A stretch of 64,000 nt of DNA from Eledone cirrhosa (taxonomy: Eukaryota). Under the pieces are notes generated by a model. It worked only from the letters and a program-made list of their open reading frames with translations. It did not search any database and was not told where the DNA came from. Within the stretch, counting starts at the first letter, position 1. Each line of letters opens with the position of its first letter. Of this stretch, positions 25,100 to 38,199 are shown piece by piece. Position numbers and translations under genes: made by a program. The stretch is taken from positions 26,536,001 to 26,600,000 of the forward strand of contig OZ024743.1 of the NCBI GenBank assembly GCA_964016885.1. The letters run 5' to 3'.

Positions 25100-26671
25100 G
25101 AGAAAAAAATCCGCTGTCCTCTCTGTACCTATGTATGTGCAAATGAAAACCCAGACCTAAAAATTCATATTAAGCGACGCCATGTCTCGTCTGATTCTAC
25201 TGATGGTGCAATGCAGGCTTTTACTTGTGCTGAGTGTGGATTAGTTACGATGAGTAAGAAAGATTTGAAGCAACATGCCAAATTCCATCGCAAGGGACCT
25301 GAACTGAAATTATTCTGTGAACAATGTAGTTTTGTGACTGACTGTGAAAGTCGTTTACGACGACATGTCTTGACCCATACAAAAGTGAAGCCATTTAAAT
25401 GTGGCTTGTGTGAATATCGTGGATCTCAGAAAGAGCATGTACTAAGACATATGAAATCACGGCATAGTATAGATATTCAGCGCAATCCCCGACGACAGCG
25501 AGAGGATGAAAATAGCCTGGATAATATGGAACGAGACAAGGGGGATTTCACAAGCCGAGATAAAATCTTTGCTTGTAATCATTGCACAATGAAGTTTTCC
25601 AAGTTAATCAATCTCTACAAACATTTGCATACACAACATAAAACTATCATGCCATCAGGTGGGCAGAATGAATTTTATTGTGTCGTCTGTGATTTCAAAA
25701 CCATCAACAAGAAGAATTTACTGGTGCATATGCGAAAACACAACATGCAAGAGCAAAATCCACCTTCTCACGTATATTCATGTGTCCTTTGTCGGTATGT
25801 TAACCCAAAGCGACGGAATTTATTCCAGCATATGATGAAAAAACATGGTATTGAGATTGTGATGAATATGAAAGATGACTGGTCATCTAGTTGTTTTATT
25901 GACAATAATGTCCCCACAGTACATGATAAAGGGGAAGCCAATGAATCAAATGTAATGGCTGTAAATAATGTGACAACTACTGGTGATGATGGCAACCAAT
26001 TGATGGTCGTTACTGATGATAGTGGGAATAATCCTGTTCAGACTGTCATCACAATTGAGGATTTAGCTTCATCAATGACTAAACCTGTGAAAATGACACA
26101 GGTCACACTACCACCAGAAACTGGTGAACTTTCCAACAAGCAGCTCACTGATGATTTGACACAACAACAACAACAGCAGCAACAACAACATGCAGCTGAT
26201 GCTGTGGAAGGTTTACAAGCTTTAGCAGAACAACCAGGGATTGTTGAGTCTGAACCTCACTCTCAGTCTGATGATAATGAAGATGATGTAATTCTTGAAG
26301 ATGAAGACATTAAAACTGAGTCAGTAGAGACTGAAGATTTGTGTAACCCACCTACAATTGCTGTTGATGCACCGGCATTAGTTCTTAACCAATTGCCAGA
26401 TGATGGTGAGGTGAAAGATAGCGTTGAACTCTCTTCTGAGCAGATTGTACATTTGTCACCTGGTGACTTTGTGGAAATTAATGGTGAACTTTATAAAGTG
26501 GAAATATCTACAGAGCCTGCTGAAGAGACTGTGACAACAACCGGTGATAATGGAATAGAAACAGTTCCTGTAACGGCAGCAGCTGTATCTGAACTGTTTG
26601 GAGCTATTCCTAACTATGATACAACTGTAACTGTTCCTCCTGCTTCATCTAACTCTACTTTTGTAGCATAA
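25100..26671 (+). CDS. C2H2 zinc-finger gene, exon 6 (fingers 4-10, polyQ, acidic C-terminus, stop)
   Basis: Acceptor TTCTTTCAG at 25099, in frame with ORF 25211-26671. Seven CxxC-x12/13-HxxxH/HxxxxH motifs. TAA at 26669-26671. Confidence 0.92.
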   Translation, partial: EKKIRCPLCTYVCANENPDLKIHIKRRHVSSDSTDGAMQAFTCAECGLVTMSKKDLKQHAKFHRKGPELKLFCEQCSFVTDCESRLRRHVLTHTKVKPFKCGLCEYRGSQKEHVLRHMKSRHSIDIQRNPRRQREDENSLDNMERDKGDFTSRDKIFACNHCTMKFSKLINLYKHLHTQHKTIMPSGGQNEFYCVVCDFKTINKKNLLVHMRKHNMQEQNPPSHVYSCVLCRYVNPKRRNLFQHMMKKHGIEIVMNMKDDWSSSCFIDNNVPTVHDKGEANESNVMAVNNVTTTGDDGNQLMVVTDDSGNNPVQTVITIEDLASSMTKPVKMTQVTLPPETGELSNKQLTDDLTQQQQQQQQQHAADAVEGLQALAEQPGIVESEPHSQSDDNEDDVILEDEDIKTESVETEDLCNPPTIAVDAPALVLNQLPDDGEVKDSVELSSEQIVHLSPGDFVEINGELYKVEISTEPAEETVTTTGDNGIETVPVTAAAVSELFGAIPNYDTTVTVPPASSNSTFVA

Positions 26672-27616
26672 GAGCAACTTGATGACAACTCTAGTGTTGG
26701 CACTGTGAAACTGTAAAGGTGTAGTGCTGCAGAGCCATTGAATGAGGTTTAGGAGAGGTGAGAGTTTTTATAGAATAGGGTTACAGAAGTCTTGAGCTAT
26801 TGTGTGGATCTGCAGAACTGTTGCATAAAAATGTGGATTCCAAAGGGTGTGCAGTGGAATGTGTGACATACAATGCAGAATAGTGCTTGTGCAATTAAAC
26901 TTTGAATCAATTGAGCTGTTTATTAAAGTTGTGACTCAGTTATTGATCTTAATATCTGTTCAGGATAATAATTATTACTACTACAATTACTGCTATTACT
27001 AATCTTGATTTTTTTTTTCTTCAGCTTTTGATTGTCTTATAATGGGTATAGACCATTTTCAAGTTAAGGAATTATAATTGTATTTTATTTAAAACAAATA
27101 TTTTTCTGTTCTGTGATTAATTTCAATATTTCTGAAGAAAAATGCAGGAAACAAATGTCACACTGAAGTACACCAACAAGCTCAAGAACAACCAAGGAAA
27201 TAGTTTGTCTATAGCATTCCTAAGTTTTAATAAATGTGCTGCCTAAAACTTTTTGATGTAAAAGAAAAGTGAAGTTTCTTACATCCACTCCCACATAAAA
27301 CTGTTCCTGTTTAAGGATATCCATTCACTAGAATGACTTTGTACTAAAAAATTGTCGAATATTTGTTGATGTTTAGTTCATCCTTTAACAGCCTCGATAT
27401 TTTCTTCTGCAGTTTTAGTAAATTCGTACATTTTCTCTTTTTCCCATCTCTCTTTTCTGTGTGTATTTATATCACTTGCTACTCTGAGTTTCATGGTTTC
27501 CCACTTATCACAGGAATATTAACAGTAATCTAATATATATATATTCCACTTTGGTATTAAGCACTTTTTCCTTGTGTTTGTAAACCCAAATGTATGTATA
27601 TATATATATATATATA

Positions 27617-27911
27617 TCATCATTTCATTTTACGTCCGCTTTTTCCTGCTTGCAAGGGTGGGACGGGAACAGATTCTGGCTTGTTTTCTACAGCTGGATG
27701 CCCTTCCTAACACCAACCTCATTTACAGTGAGTGCTGGGTGCTTTTTTGCCGTGGCACCTCCACGACCACTTTGCATTTCTACAGCTGAGTAAACTGGAG
27801 CAATGTGAAATTGTCTTGCTCAAGGAAACAACACATCACCCAGTCTGAGAATTAAACTCACAACCTTTCGATTGCAAGGCCAATGCTCTAACCACTAAGC
27901 CATGTGCCTCC
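27617..27911 (-). mobile_element. tRNA/CORE-like SINE with RTE tail, copy 2 (internal deletion)
   Basis: Near-identical to 8692-9041 but lacking ~35 bp between TTTGCA and TTTCTACAGCTGAG. Flanked by (TA)n on both sides. Confidence 0.85.
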
Positions 27912-28859
27912 ATATATATTTGATTTTATATATATATATATATAATCAAATATATTGATGTAAAAATTAGCTTTTAAATATTTTTTAATTCCTTAGACAT
28001 CCAATTATTCAAATTATATATATATATATATTTACACACACACACTAGAGAAATAGAATGTCTGTATTCTAACTTTAGTGTCTGCCAAAATCTCAAAGAG
28101 GAAAAGGAAGTATTAGAAAATGTATGAAATGAAATAGAACAAAACTGTAGAAGAAAAACATTTTATTTTTAAAATAATGTTTAAAATTCTTATTTTCTAT
28201 ATCCAGAAAGAAATAGGTGCATGTGCCATTGTGTGGTTAAGAAGTCTCTCAACTTTCACTGAGTAGCATGTTCGATTTCACTGAGTATCATTTGAGGCAT
28301 TTTTACAGGTGCTCATTGTGTGATGAGAAAGGGAAAATATGATTGATGGCCAAAAGAAGGAAGAGTATGATAATGAGTGTGAAAGGTGAACAAAGTGATA
28401 GGGGATATGTTGAATAGTGGTAGCTACATGTTGGTTGTTTGTAATGGGTAGAAAGTTGAACAGAAAACAGCAGCAATAAGAATGTGTCAAGACAGATAGC
28501 AGCAAAGCATTGTGATGGGAAGTAGGTAAGGGAAAAATAATGATGGTTAGCAGTAGAGGGTGATGGTGTTGAATAAGGACATGAGTTATGGATGACTGGT
28601 AAATGTTAATAAAAAGTTTCATAGGGAAAAGTGAAAGAGACATAAAGGTAAGGAGTTAATGATGGGTGATGGAAATTATATATGGATAGATCAGATATGA
28701 TGCTATATTATTCAGCTAGTGTGGTATAGTGAGTAGTATAAAAGGTAATGACTAGAGAAGCTGATGGAAACTTTACAAAGGTATAATAGTCAAGAGGACC
28801 AAGGCTAAGTTATACAGCCCATTCTCTAATGCCACCAATTTTATTTTAATGATTGTTTT

Positions 28860-29310
28860 GTCATCTTGCACAGCTAGGTGGATGTTCTCCAGCACAGCAT
28901 ATCACCAGTCATCACGGTCCTTTGTCATCTCATTTATGTAGTTCAGGTTACTCTTCACTACTTCTTCCACAGATTCCATCCACTTCAAGCACTTGGCTCT
29001 TTATACATCCGCCATACACATCACCTGCTCATATTAACACAGTTGTCTTTCTTGCATACTGCATCTTATTCCTCTTGTATTTAGTTTTTCTCTCAGCTCA
29101 TTTGTGTTTTTCTATTTATGCACACAAACATTACTCATTCAACAGAGCATGTTTACTTCATTTCTTTCCAACCATTGCAGATCTATATACTAAGCTCATA
29201 TCTTGCTACTATGTAGCATTGTACTTCATACACAATTATCAAAAAATTTGCCTTTCACTCTGAGAAGGAATCTCTTTGTTGCCAGTAGAGGTAACAGCTC
29301 TCTGAACCAG
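28860..29310 (-). mobile_element. Old RTE ORF C-terminal fragment
   Basis: Reverse-complement similarity to 9720-10110 and 13200-13530. Confidence 0.65.
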
Positions 29311-29829
29311 TAAAAGAAAGAAGTACATTATGTTGGTTGATGTAATGTTAAAGCCATTACAGAAATCCCAAGAACTCCATTATAATTGAACTAACAAGAT
29401 AGTCTCTGTATAGTCACAGATCTTGTCACAAGTAGCTATCAAATCTTCCTCAAATCACACCATTTACTCTTTAAAAAAGAAATGACACATTAGATGATGT
29501 AGTTTTAGATAGTTTGAATAAAAGATAGATGCTTCATTAAAGCTGACTTAGGGTTAAAAAACAACATTCTATTAGTTTGCATATAAAATCATTATTTGTG
29601 TTATTTAACCAAAGAGATTATTTTAGAATGCATCTGAGTTTTTATTTTATGATGTGTATATCTGGGATTTGAATATTGGTCCATGTTCCTTTTGCTGTCC
29701 ATAAGGCTGCAAGTCGGAAGATTTTTTGAAATACCAGATGGTATGCATTACAATATTTGTTCTGATTCTCAGTACTCTGAGTTCAAATCCTGTTGAGATC
29801 AACTTTTCCTTTCTTCCTTTTGTGGTTGA

Positions 29830-30151
29830 TGTAAATGTGGCCGTGTAGGCAACACGGTAAAAACCTCCCAGCCCCACACTGTAAATGTGGTTGGTGTTAG
29901 GAAGGGCATCCAGCTGTAGAAAACCCGCCAGACAGTCCACGCTGTAATGTGGCCGTGTAGGCAACACGGTAAAAACCTCTCAGCCCCACACTGTAAATGT
30001 GGTTGGTGTTAGGAAGGGCATCCAACTGTAGAAAACCCGCCAGACAGTCCTATGCGAGCAAGACAACCACTCTTGCCTCAAGTGGGAAAACCCCCGTCCA
30101 AACCCATGCAAGCGTGGAACACGGACGCTAAACCTGATGATGATGATGATG
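29830..30151 (+). mobile_element. Young RTE 3'UTR/tail with internal ~110-bp direct duplication
   Basis: Near-identical to the reverse complement of 52281-52500; ends in (GAT)n. Confidence 0.85.
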
Positions 30152-30892
30152 AAAGTAATAATCCAATAGGGCCGATTCTTTTTCTATTTCTCTTTCCCAC
30201 TTGTCTTTTGCTGTCTCTGGAAGACATTGGCTGTGTTCAGGTGCAGAAAGGGATGGGCTCCAGCAGGTTTATATTTACAAGACATGCTGCATATGTGGTA
30301 CTCCTACAACTCTATCAGGAGTTAACTCCCAACAAATCTCTATTCTCATAAATTTAAACCTTCCCTTGCTTATATTTGATCATACTTTCTCTTTTCTCAT
30401 TGAGTTGTTTAAATCCAGGTCAACCTTGAACAAAAAGATCTCATTAACAAAGGAATTCCCAGCCACAACCATCGTGTTTTGGAGGGGACAAGTAGCACTA
30501 CATTATCTAATGTATATAAGATGATAGAGTATGATTTGAGGGAGATTTGGTGGTTATTTCAAAGTTATATTGAAACTCCCTTGTTGGCTTTGCCTAGATG
30601 AGGTTGAGACACTTTATTTTCATGGTTGTTTCTTCATGTTTAAATACAATGTTCAATGTATGGTACTGATAAATATATTGTTCTCATCTTTGTTTTTTTT
30701 CTAGTATTAAAACATAAACTGCTTGATACAACATTGCATTGGAACATAGTAGAGTCCAATCCTAAACAAAAGCAATGAACATATTTTGACCTGCTGACAC
30801 ATGCCCAAATTCCATTAATTTAACTTTAACACAAACACTTATGATGCCAAAGCTCATCTAATTACCTGAAAATGTATGAAACACAGTTTAAA

Positions 30893-31230
30893 ACATGGCT
30901 TAGTGGTTAGAGCATTGGCCTTGTAATCGAAAGGTTGTGAGTTCAATTCTCAGACCGGGTGATGTGTTGTTTCCTTGAGCAAGACACTTTATTTCACATT
31001 GCTCCAGTTTACTCAGCTGTAGAAATGAGATGATAGGGACTGGGGTCCCTATCATTCCACTACAAAGTGGTCGTGTAGGTGCCATGGCAAAAAAGCACCC
31101 AGCGCTCACTGTAAATGAGGTTGGTGTTAGGAAGGGCATCCAGCTGTAGAAATCAAGCCAGCATCAGTTTCCGTCCCACCCTTGCAAGCAGGGGAAAAAG
31201 GGGACGTAAAATGAAATGAAAAATGATGAT
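30893..31230 (+). mobile_element. tRNA/CORE-like SINE with RTE tail, copy 3
   Basis: CATGGCTTAGTGGTTAGAGC...GAGTTCAATTC...CCTTGAGCAAGACAC...GGACGTAAAATG. Confidence 0.85.
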
Positions 31231-31699
31231 TCATCAATTCTCAATCTGCTGACATACAGTTGTCCAAGAAGCCAATTGAACAAACCTTTATTTGGATATT
31301 ATGTAATATTCTGTCTATCTATTTTACATATGACAAACATATATCAGACTCTACACAAGACTATGTATGTTCAAATATCATCATCATCATTGTTTTACGT
31401 CCGTTCTTCCACGCTAGCATGAGTTAGACGGGTTGTCCTGTTGTGGGCAGTAGCCTGTCGGCTGACTATGCCTTGCTCATACGGGAACTGATTCTGGCTT
31501 ATATAAACGGTTTGTTTTGCAACCATATAGTGTTGGGCTCCATTCCACCAGTTAGCACTTAAGGCAAGTGTCTTCTGTTACATTGACCAATGCCTTGAGT
31601 GAAATTTGGTAGACAGAAACTGTGTGGAAGCTTATCACACCCTCATATATGTGTGTGTGTGTGTGTGTTTATATTGAATTGATGTTTGTATCACCAGCT

Positions 31700-32170
31700 T
31701 TGACCTCTTGCTGGTAGTCACTCAACAGCCTTGCATTGCATCCTCTCCTATGCATGGCCAACACATACAAATGACTGAAATCCTCAAAGATTGAAAGACA
31801 ACAAATGTGGAGTATTGCTCACATATCTGGGATTGTGCTGCTTGTATACACACAACTATTCTCAACCAACAAAAGAAGGCCATTTGCTTAATTGGCAAAG
31901 ATCTACACCTAAAAACACTGCAGCTACTGGCAAATATACAATCTTTTGTATCTTTCTACTGCCCTACAGTGACTACCAGCTCTTTTTAATGTACATACCA
32001 TCTTTTTTGAAGACTACCTGATGCGATTTTCTCATCTCTTGTCATCCTTACTATCTTTCACTTCTCAAACTCCCTACTAAATAGTTTGCTCCTTTATTTC
32101 TTTCCAAAACTTCTACCTTCTGGATTGCCCGCCATGTTTGCATTTTTTAATCAATATTCATGAATATGAT
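31700..32170 (+). mobile_element. Degenerate CR1/L2-group LINE 3' region
   Basis: EYCSHIW...QKKAICLIG motif; homologous to the minus-strand relic at 42710-43930. Confidence 0.6.
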
Positions 32171-33435
32171 AAAATCTGTCATATTACTATTTGAAGAAAC
32201 TAAATGAAGGCTATTGTAAGCTAAGAAGCTATGGTTTCCAATGAGAAAGTGTGTTGATTAAGAGAATTTGGTTTTTCATTGCAGATAAGTTAATTAAGAC
32301 ATCATATGTTATCTATAACTTATAAACATTTACTATTAAGATAAATAATCTGATTTCCCACCATTTTTCACAAAAAAATGTAAATATCATACAGTAAATG
32401 TAGAAGTATGAATAGAACTATTAATTAAAATCTGACTTCGGGTAGCCCCTGTGAAACAGACGGCTTTCTTTCCTTAGTTTAATTTTTTTTGAACAGGAAT
32501 AATTTAATCCTTTAGCATTTACATTACTTTATATATACTATTATATTTTTGCAGTAAAGGCTTTATCTTACATAATATCAAATCTATGAGATTTTGAGAA
32601 CAATACCTTAACATTGTGAATGGCCAGTTACAGTCAGTTTGAACAGAAAGAGGTGAGAGAATTGTGGCCAAATACAGCTGGTTTAAATCAGCATATTTAG
32701 AGCTAAATGGAGTGGGCTATTTTAAAAATTGTACTGTAGACATTACATAAACTGTTGGCCTCTTGGTTGGATGTCTGCTATTTTATCCATGCTCTTCCAT
32801 GTAGTTTGTGTATTAATTTTCACTCACTATACTATATAAGCTCAAATATGTAGTTAGTCAAGCAATCATTAACTTTCTATGCTTTGTAATCTAGCATCAG
32901 AGATAATAAATTTCTTTTTAAACTGAATGTCTTATTCAGTATCATTAGTAGCTAAAATATTTCACTGCTGATAACACACTTTTGAATTCATAACTTGGAG
33001 TAGCCATTGTTTTGTGTCTTTAGGCAAGTCATATTATATATATTTACATTAGTAAATTCCACTTCAGACAATCCAATCTCCTTCAACAACACTAAATCAC
33101 AATCGCTACAAACATAAAGGAAACAATCTTGAACACTACTCAGGAACAATATCCAGCTAAGACATTCAAAGTTATTACAAATGCTAGATCACAGAATCTA
33201 ATGAAATGAACCTCTGTCAGTTTCAATGACGAATATTACAGTTTGTTCAGTGGCTGAACATTCTACAGAAGCGTGTACCCATAATATAATTCCTAGGGAG
33301 ATTCAATGTGACACAGCTGTCTCTTTGAATTACAGGTGCAGTCAATTCGAAGCAATTTTTGTCTATCCAGTTTCACTCACATGTAATTAGTTGCTGGCCC
33401 ACTACAAAACTCAAGTACAACTTGTCTCTCTAGTA

Positions 33436-33789
33436 CAGTGGTTTCCAACCTTTTTTGCTCCAAGCCCCACCTCAACATCTAAAAAATGTTTATGTCCCCC
33501 TTTGATGTAAAAACAAACAGTGTTGTAAAAGTGTAGTAACTAATATAAAGTAGAAATCTTTTAATTAAACAAAGCTAAAAATTAGGCAATCTTTTCTTCC
33601 AATTTAAGTTTAACCTAATTCACTAAGCTCAAAATAAAATAATTGTTTCTATTTTTGCCTAAATAATGCAAGTTAGTCATTTAGGTGAGATCCCTGAGCT
33701 TGGTTTATGCTACAAAGTTTTTATTCACAATAACATGTGTAGACGAAGTGACAGGAAGTTTGGTCGTATAATATCACTTCAAATCACTG
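33436..33789. mobile_element. hAT (Charlie-like) MITE, family A, copy 2, with perfect 8-bp TSD
   Basis: CTCTAGTA|CAGTGGTTTCCAACC ... AAATCACTG|CTCTAGTA (TSD at 33428-33435 and 33790-33797). Confidence 0.85.
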
Positions 33790-35015
33790 CTCTAGTACAG
33801 TACTGTTGGTACACAATCAATCATCCTAAACTGAATTACCAAACAAGGCCATGCAACTGATTGACAGAAATACATACACTAACAAGCCATAACTAACCCA
33901 AAGACATATTTATCTTGTCTGTGTGTCTATAACTGGCACACATATCTCTTCACGCACCCCTACTGTCTATAACAATCCAAAACTAAACAATTATTCCTTC
34001 ATGGAACAACAACTATCTAGATATCTTTCTCTACCCATGTTATTTGGGGGGGGGGGGGTATATGCATCAACCTACTTGGGTTTTAAGCTGCAGATCAAAG
34101 ATATTGACCTTTCCAGTCAGGTAAGTAAATATTATGGGTGCTGTCTATCTTCCTTTAACTTTAATTTAAAAAAAAATTCTTTACTGCAGTTCACTTACTA
34201 GTAGTAGTGATAGAGAGAGCAGCCACATGTTTAAACCTGTATCAAAAATAATGATAAAACATCATCTTAGCCATTCTAGTAGGGAAAACGTCCATAAAGC
34301 AGTCATTTGTGAAATTACTATTTCTATAAAAAATATCAAAAGTTCCAAAAATCCTACTTCCTGTCATCATTTTCAACAAAGCTGAGTTTTTGTCTTCTAC
34401 TTACAATGCACAGTTTATATTCCACTTACATTACACAGTTTACATTGTTAAATATTTATAGAGAAGTGCAGTAAGTTTTAGCATTAAACAAACAATCCTC
34501 ATTGAAGTATTTATTCTGAGACAGGATTTCCTGTCAAACATTTTCAGTGTATTATTGGATATTTGCCAACTAGGTCAGCACTAAACAGTCTTCGCTTCCT
34601 TGTGATAAACAATTAGATTTACTTTTGCATAAGTGAAATATAACAGAGCTTTTAGAATCTGCTATTGTTATTATTGAAGCAATAAGGGTGATGGATTTAC
34701 AGGATCATTAGAGCATCAGGCAAAATGCCTAGTGGTATTTGTTCTGAGTTCAAATCTTGTTGAGGTCAATTTTACCTTCCTCCTTTTTGGGTCAATAAAT
34801 AAAGTATCAGTTTGAGAAGTAAAACACAGTAGGGATAATAGATGGTGCACACATTATTCATTCAAAAAAGAGCAGAAGCCATTATAGGGGTAAATATAAT
34901 TGACTGTTCCCTTCTGCACAATTTCTGACCTTGTCCCTATATGAGAAACAATAATACAAATGAAGGGGTAAAATGCATAACTCTTGATGTTTTTTTTTCA
35001 TGCATTTTAGTTTAA

Positions 35016-35222
35016 CCCTTTAGCATTTAAACTGGCCATATCTAACCAGAATTCTCTCACCTCTTTCTGTCAAACCGGCCGTATCCGGCCACTCATACTA
35101 ATGTTAAGGTATTGTTCTCAAAATAGATAATATCAAAATCTCATAGATTCTACATTATGTGAGTTAAAGCCTTTACTGTGAAAATATAATAGTAAATATA
35201 GAGTAAAGTAAATGTTAAAATG
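35016..35222. mobile_element. piggyBac-type MITE, family P2, most complete copy
   Basis: TTAA|CCCTTTAGCATTTA ... TAAATGTTAAAATG|TTAA; inverted relative to the copies at 15721 and 32508. Confidence 0.7.
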
Positions 35223-35491
35223 TTAAACAGCTGAAAAATATTTAGTAGAGAATAAAATGTATTTTATGTTAGTGGACATATCTGAAATTATATGAATATC
35301 CACGAGGAATTAATTGCCAGAAGTGTGACTCTAGATAATAAAAACCATAACCACCACCATCATCACCATCAACATTACCACCATTATCATCATATTTTTT
35401 ACATTCGGTTTCTTCCATACATGCATGGATTTGGATGAGACTTAAAGGCAGGTTTTTCAAAGTATGGTATACACTACTTGTTCCAACTAGC

Positions 35492-35525
<34 letters not shown>

Positions 35526-36959
35526 TCAACGAGCTTCTTTACAGCTTCAATCAACCAAATTCACTCACAAAGCATTGGTTGACCAAGAGTATAATAAAAG
35601 ATGCATACTCAAGGTAACATAAAGTGGGACTGAACCTGAAATGATGTGGTTTTGAGCAAACTTCTTAACCACACAGCCATGCCTGCACCTGGTTTTTATA
35701 ATATGACATTTTTACCAACAATGATTTCACAAGATTAGAGGAATTATATAGTCAATAAAACATTGATAATAATGCTCTGGAGTATTTGATCTGGCTGTCT
35801 GAGCTCTGAGTTCAAACCCTGTTGAGGTTAGCATAGGCATTTATCCTCTCTGGGTTGATAAATAAAATAGTCCAAGCCAGTGAATTGATGGGGTTTTTAG
35901 AATATTTGATGAGATACCTTGCAATATCTGTTTTAGCCTTTTATGTTTTGATGGCAATGGCTGCAATGACACTGGTGTCAAGTTGTATTGAATTGAATTC
36001 TGCTGAGGAGAAGAATTTTCCATGTGCAGATTCATAATCCCATGATACATATGGAGGCTCTAGATGCAATCAATTGTAACTACTCTGTACATGTGTTTTA
36101 TCCCAGTTGATTCCAGCAGCACATAACTTTGTATGCACACAAAACAAAACAGAATATCATAAAGAATTTAACCTGGAGGTCTAGTATTTCTACTACTCCA
36201 TTGCATGTGTAACAATGTAATCTCATAGTAATTTCTAACAGACTACAATTGTATAAAAGAGGTATAATTAAATGAATCACGCCTGAACATTTCTGATATC
36301 TATCAACCTTAGAAAGGTGAAAAGCAACATCAACTTTCATGGTATTTGAACAAATAATATAAAGAGACATTCAAATACTGAAAATTTGGTGTTCTAATGC
36401 TAGTTGCAACTAAGAGGAAAGGACAAGTGTGAAAATACATTACAACGGTGATGGCTCAGAACACTAAAAATATATAGCTTGTATATATTTAAAAACTGGA
36501 TGTTTGAAAGTAAAGAAACATTATTTCAATACGGGACATAGCATTATCTAATGTTCCATTATTCAGGTTTTAAAGATACTACATTATCTCAAAACTGGAA
36601 TGTTCAGGTGGAGAGAATACGATGATGTCCAGCTGTGACATTCTTAGAAACAGACAGGTTCACTGGTTCTCATCTGACTCACACTTTTGGCTCCGGGACA
36701 TTTTTCACCCATACCCTAGTAACTGCTTTTGTTGGAAGGCTAAACTTAGTGAAGGACTGGATGCTTGGAGAGGAAATGAGCACAACCAAACATTCTTAAG
36801 TCCCACTGAAATGCTATGATGGACACAGTCAAATGTCTAGAGTGGTACTCCAACCACTGGCTGCACCATTTATGGAAACATGATTGATTGATATACTGCA
36901 CCATAAGAGAAAACACACCTCCATTGTTGTTAAAGCTAAGAGATTATATAGTCACATGA

Positions 36960-37270
36960 TATTTGTTAAAATGTTCATGCATGGGAGCAAGATGTGGTCC
37001 TTAAAATGCATAGATTTTACAAAACCTAGAAAGAAATGAGGCATGCATGAACGATGGAGCACACATGAGTTAGGATAAAAGGATACAAGAGGAATCAGAT
37101 GTAGTCTTCAAGAAAGGTGGCTGCACTAGTATAGGCATGCATGAAACCTGTAGAAGGGAACAACCTAGAAGAATAAAGTGATGAAGTCTGATCTGAAGAT
37201 GCTGAACCTCTTGAAGGAAATGACAAAGAACCACGATGAGTGGTGATGTGCAGTGCTGGAGAAGGTTTTC
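36960..37270 (+). mobile_element. Old RTE ORF C-terminal fragment
   Basis: CTAGAAAGAAATGAGGCATGCATG...AGAGGAATCAGATGTAGT matches RTE LERNEACM...RGIRC. Confidence 0.6.
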
Positions 37271-38199
37271 TTTACCCTATTGGGTTGTCAGCCTGTTGCC
37301 GACAGTGGACATAGGATGGTACTTCACCCCTATGCACTGTCAGATTTATAGTGATATATGATACTTATTGCAAAACTCTACCTTAACATTATTGCGAATT
37401 AGAGTGCTCACCCAGAATATTCTACCCTGCCGCCTCTCCCAACCCCCAAAGCCTGGTGATGGGCTTGTTGGGTTGATGGGGGAACTTTTATTTCTATATT
37501 ACAACCACATAAGTAACCAATTATATAGTACTTCCACTGCTTACATGACTGACCTGGACTTTTCAGAAAAATATTGTTGATCAAATTTATTCATAAGTGC
37601 ATTAAAGTTGACATTACACTTATTTTTGCTAGATCAATGGCTGCTTTGGTTTGAAGAGATTTTTGGTAAATAAAAATTGATTTACAAGTGTCTTAGAGTT
37701 ATGACTCAATGAAATATTGATTTTAAACACAACGATAAATTATCTAAATGTATTTAGTATTCTCTTTCTTTTCTTTGTGAGATTTAATCATTATGTATAC
37801 TATACCTATATCTATAAATAAACATACTGGCATAAGTATATGTAACTATGTACATACATACACATCAAATATTGTATAATCAACATCATATGCCCTCCTT
37901 AAACCCATCTTGAAATTTCCACACCTGTCCCATTTACTTTCAATTCACAATGCTTTTTATAGCTTCTATTATTACAAATGTGAGATAAGAGAGATTTATT
38001 TAATTGATAAATATATTTTAGATTGACTAAAACATAGTATAACTATGATTGTGAATTTATCAATATCTGGAATGACATATTTCGCAATAAAGCAGTAAGA
38101 GTTTTACAGAATAATGCTTATAAAATTTTTTAACGTAATGCACACAAATTGTGTTAAAAAAAGGAGGAAAAAGGGAGTAGTTATACATACTCAATCATG

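Noticed and set aside
30893-30965. tRNA-like sequence with A and B boxes (also 8970-9041, 27840-27911)
   Set aside because: No proper acceptor stem, the anticodon-like triplet differs between copies, and it continues into a SINE body.
32895-32950. Possible minus-strand C/D snoRNA (ATGATAC...CTGA)
   Set aside because: The C box is non-canonical, the span is short, and no rRNA-complementary guide was recognised.
36098-36370. LHCYTCNG motif resembling a Ly6/three-finger domain start, and an MWLLSLSLLL signal-like stretch at ~34200-34229
   Set aside because: The order is wrong on the minus strand, no further Ly6 cysteines are present, and no in-frame downstream exon was found.
37285-37330. Stem-loop GACAGTG..CATAGG...CCTATG-CACTGTC
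   Set aside because: Short and directly downstream of an old RTE fragment, so probably part of its 3'UTR. No independent evidence for an ncRNA.
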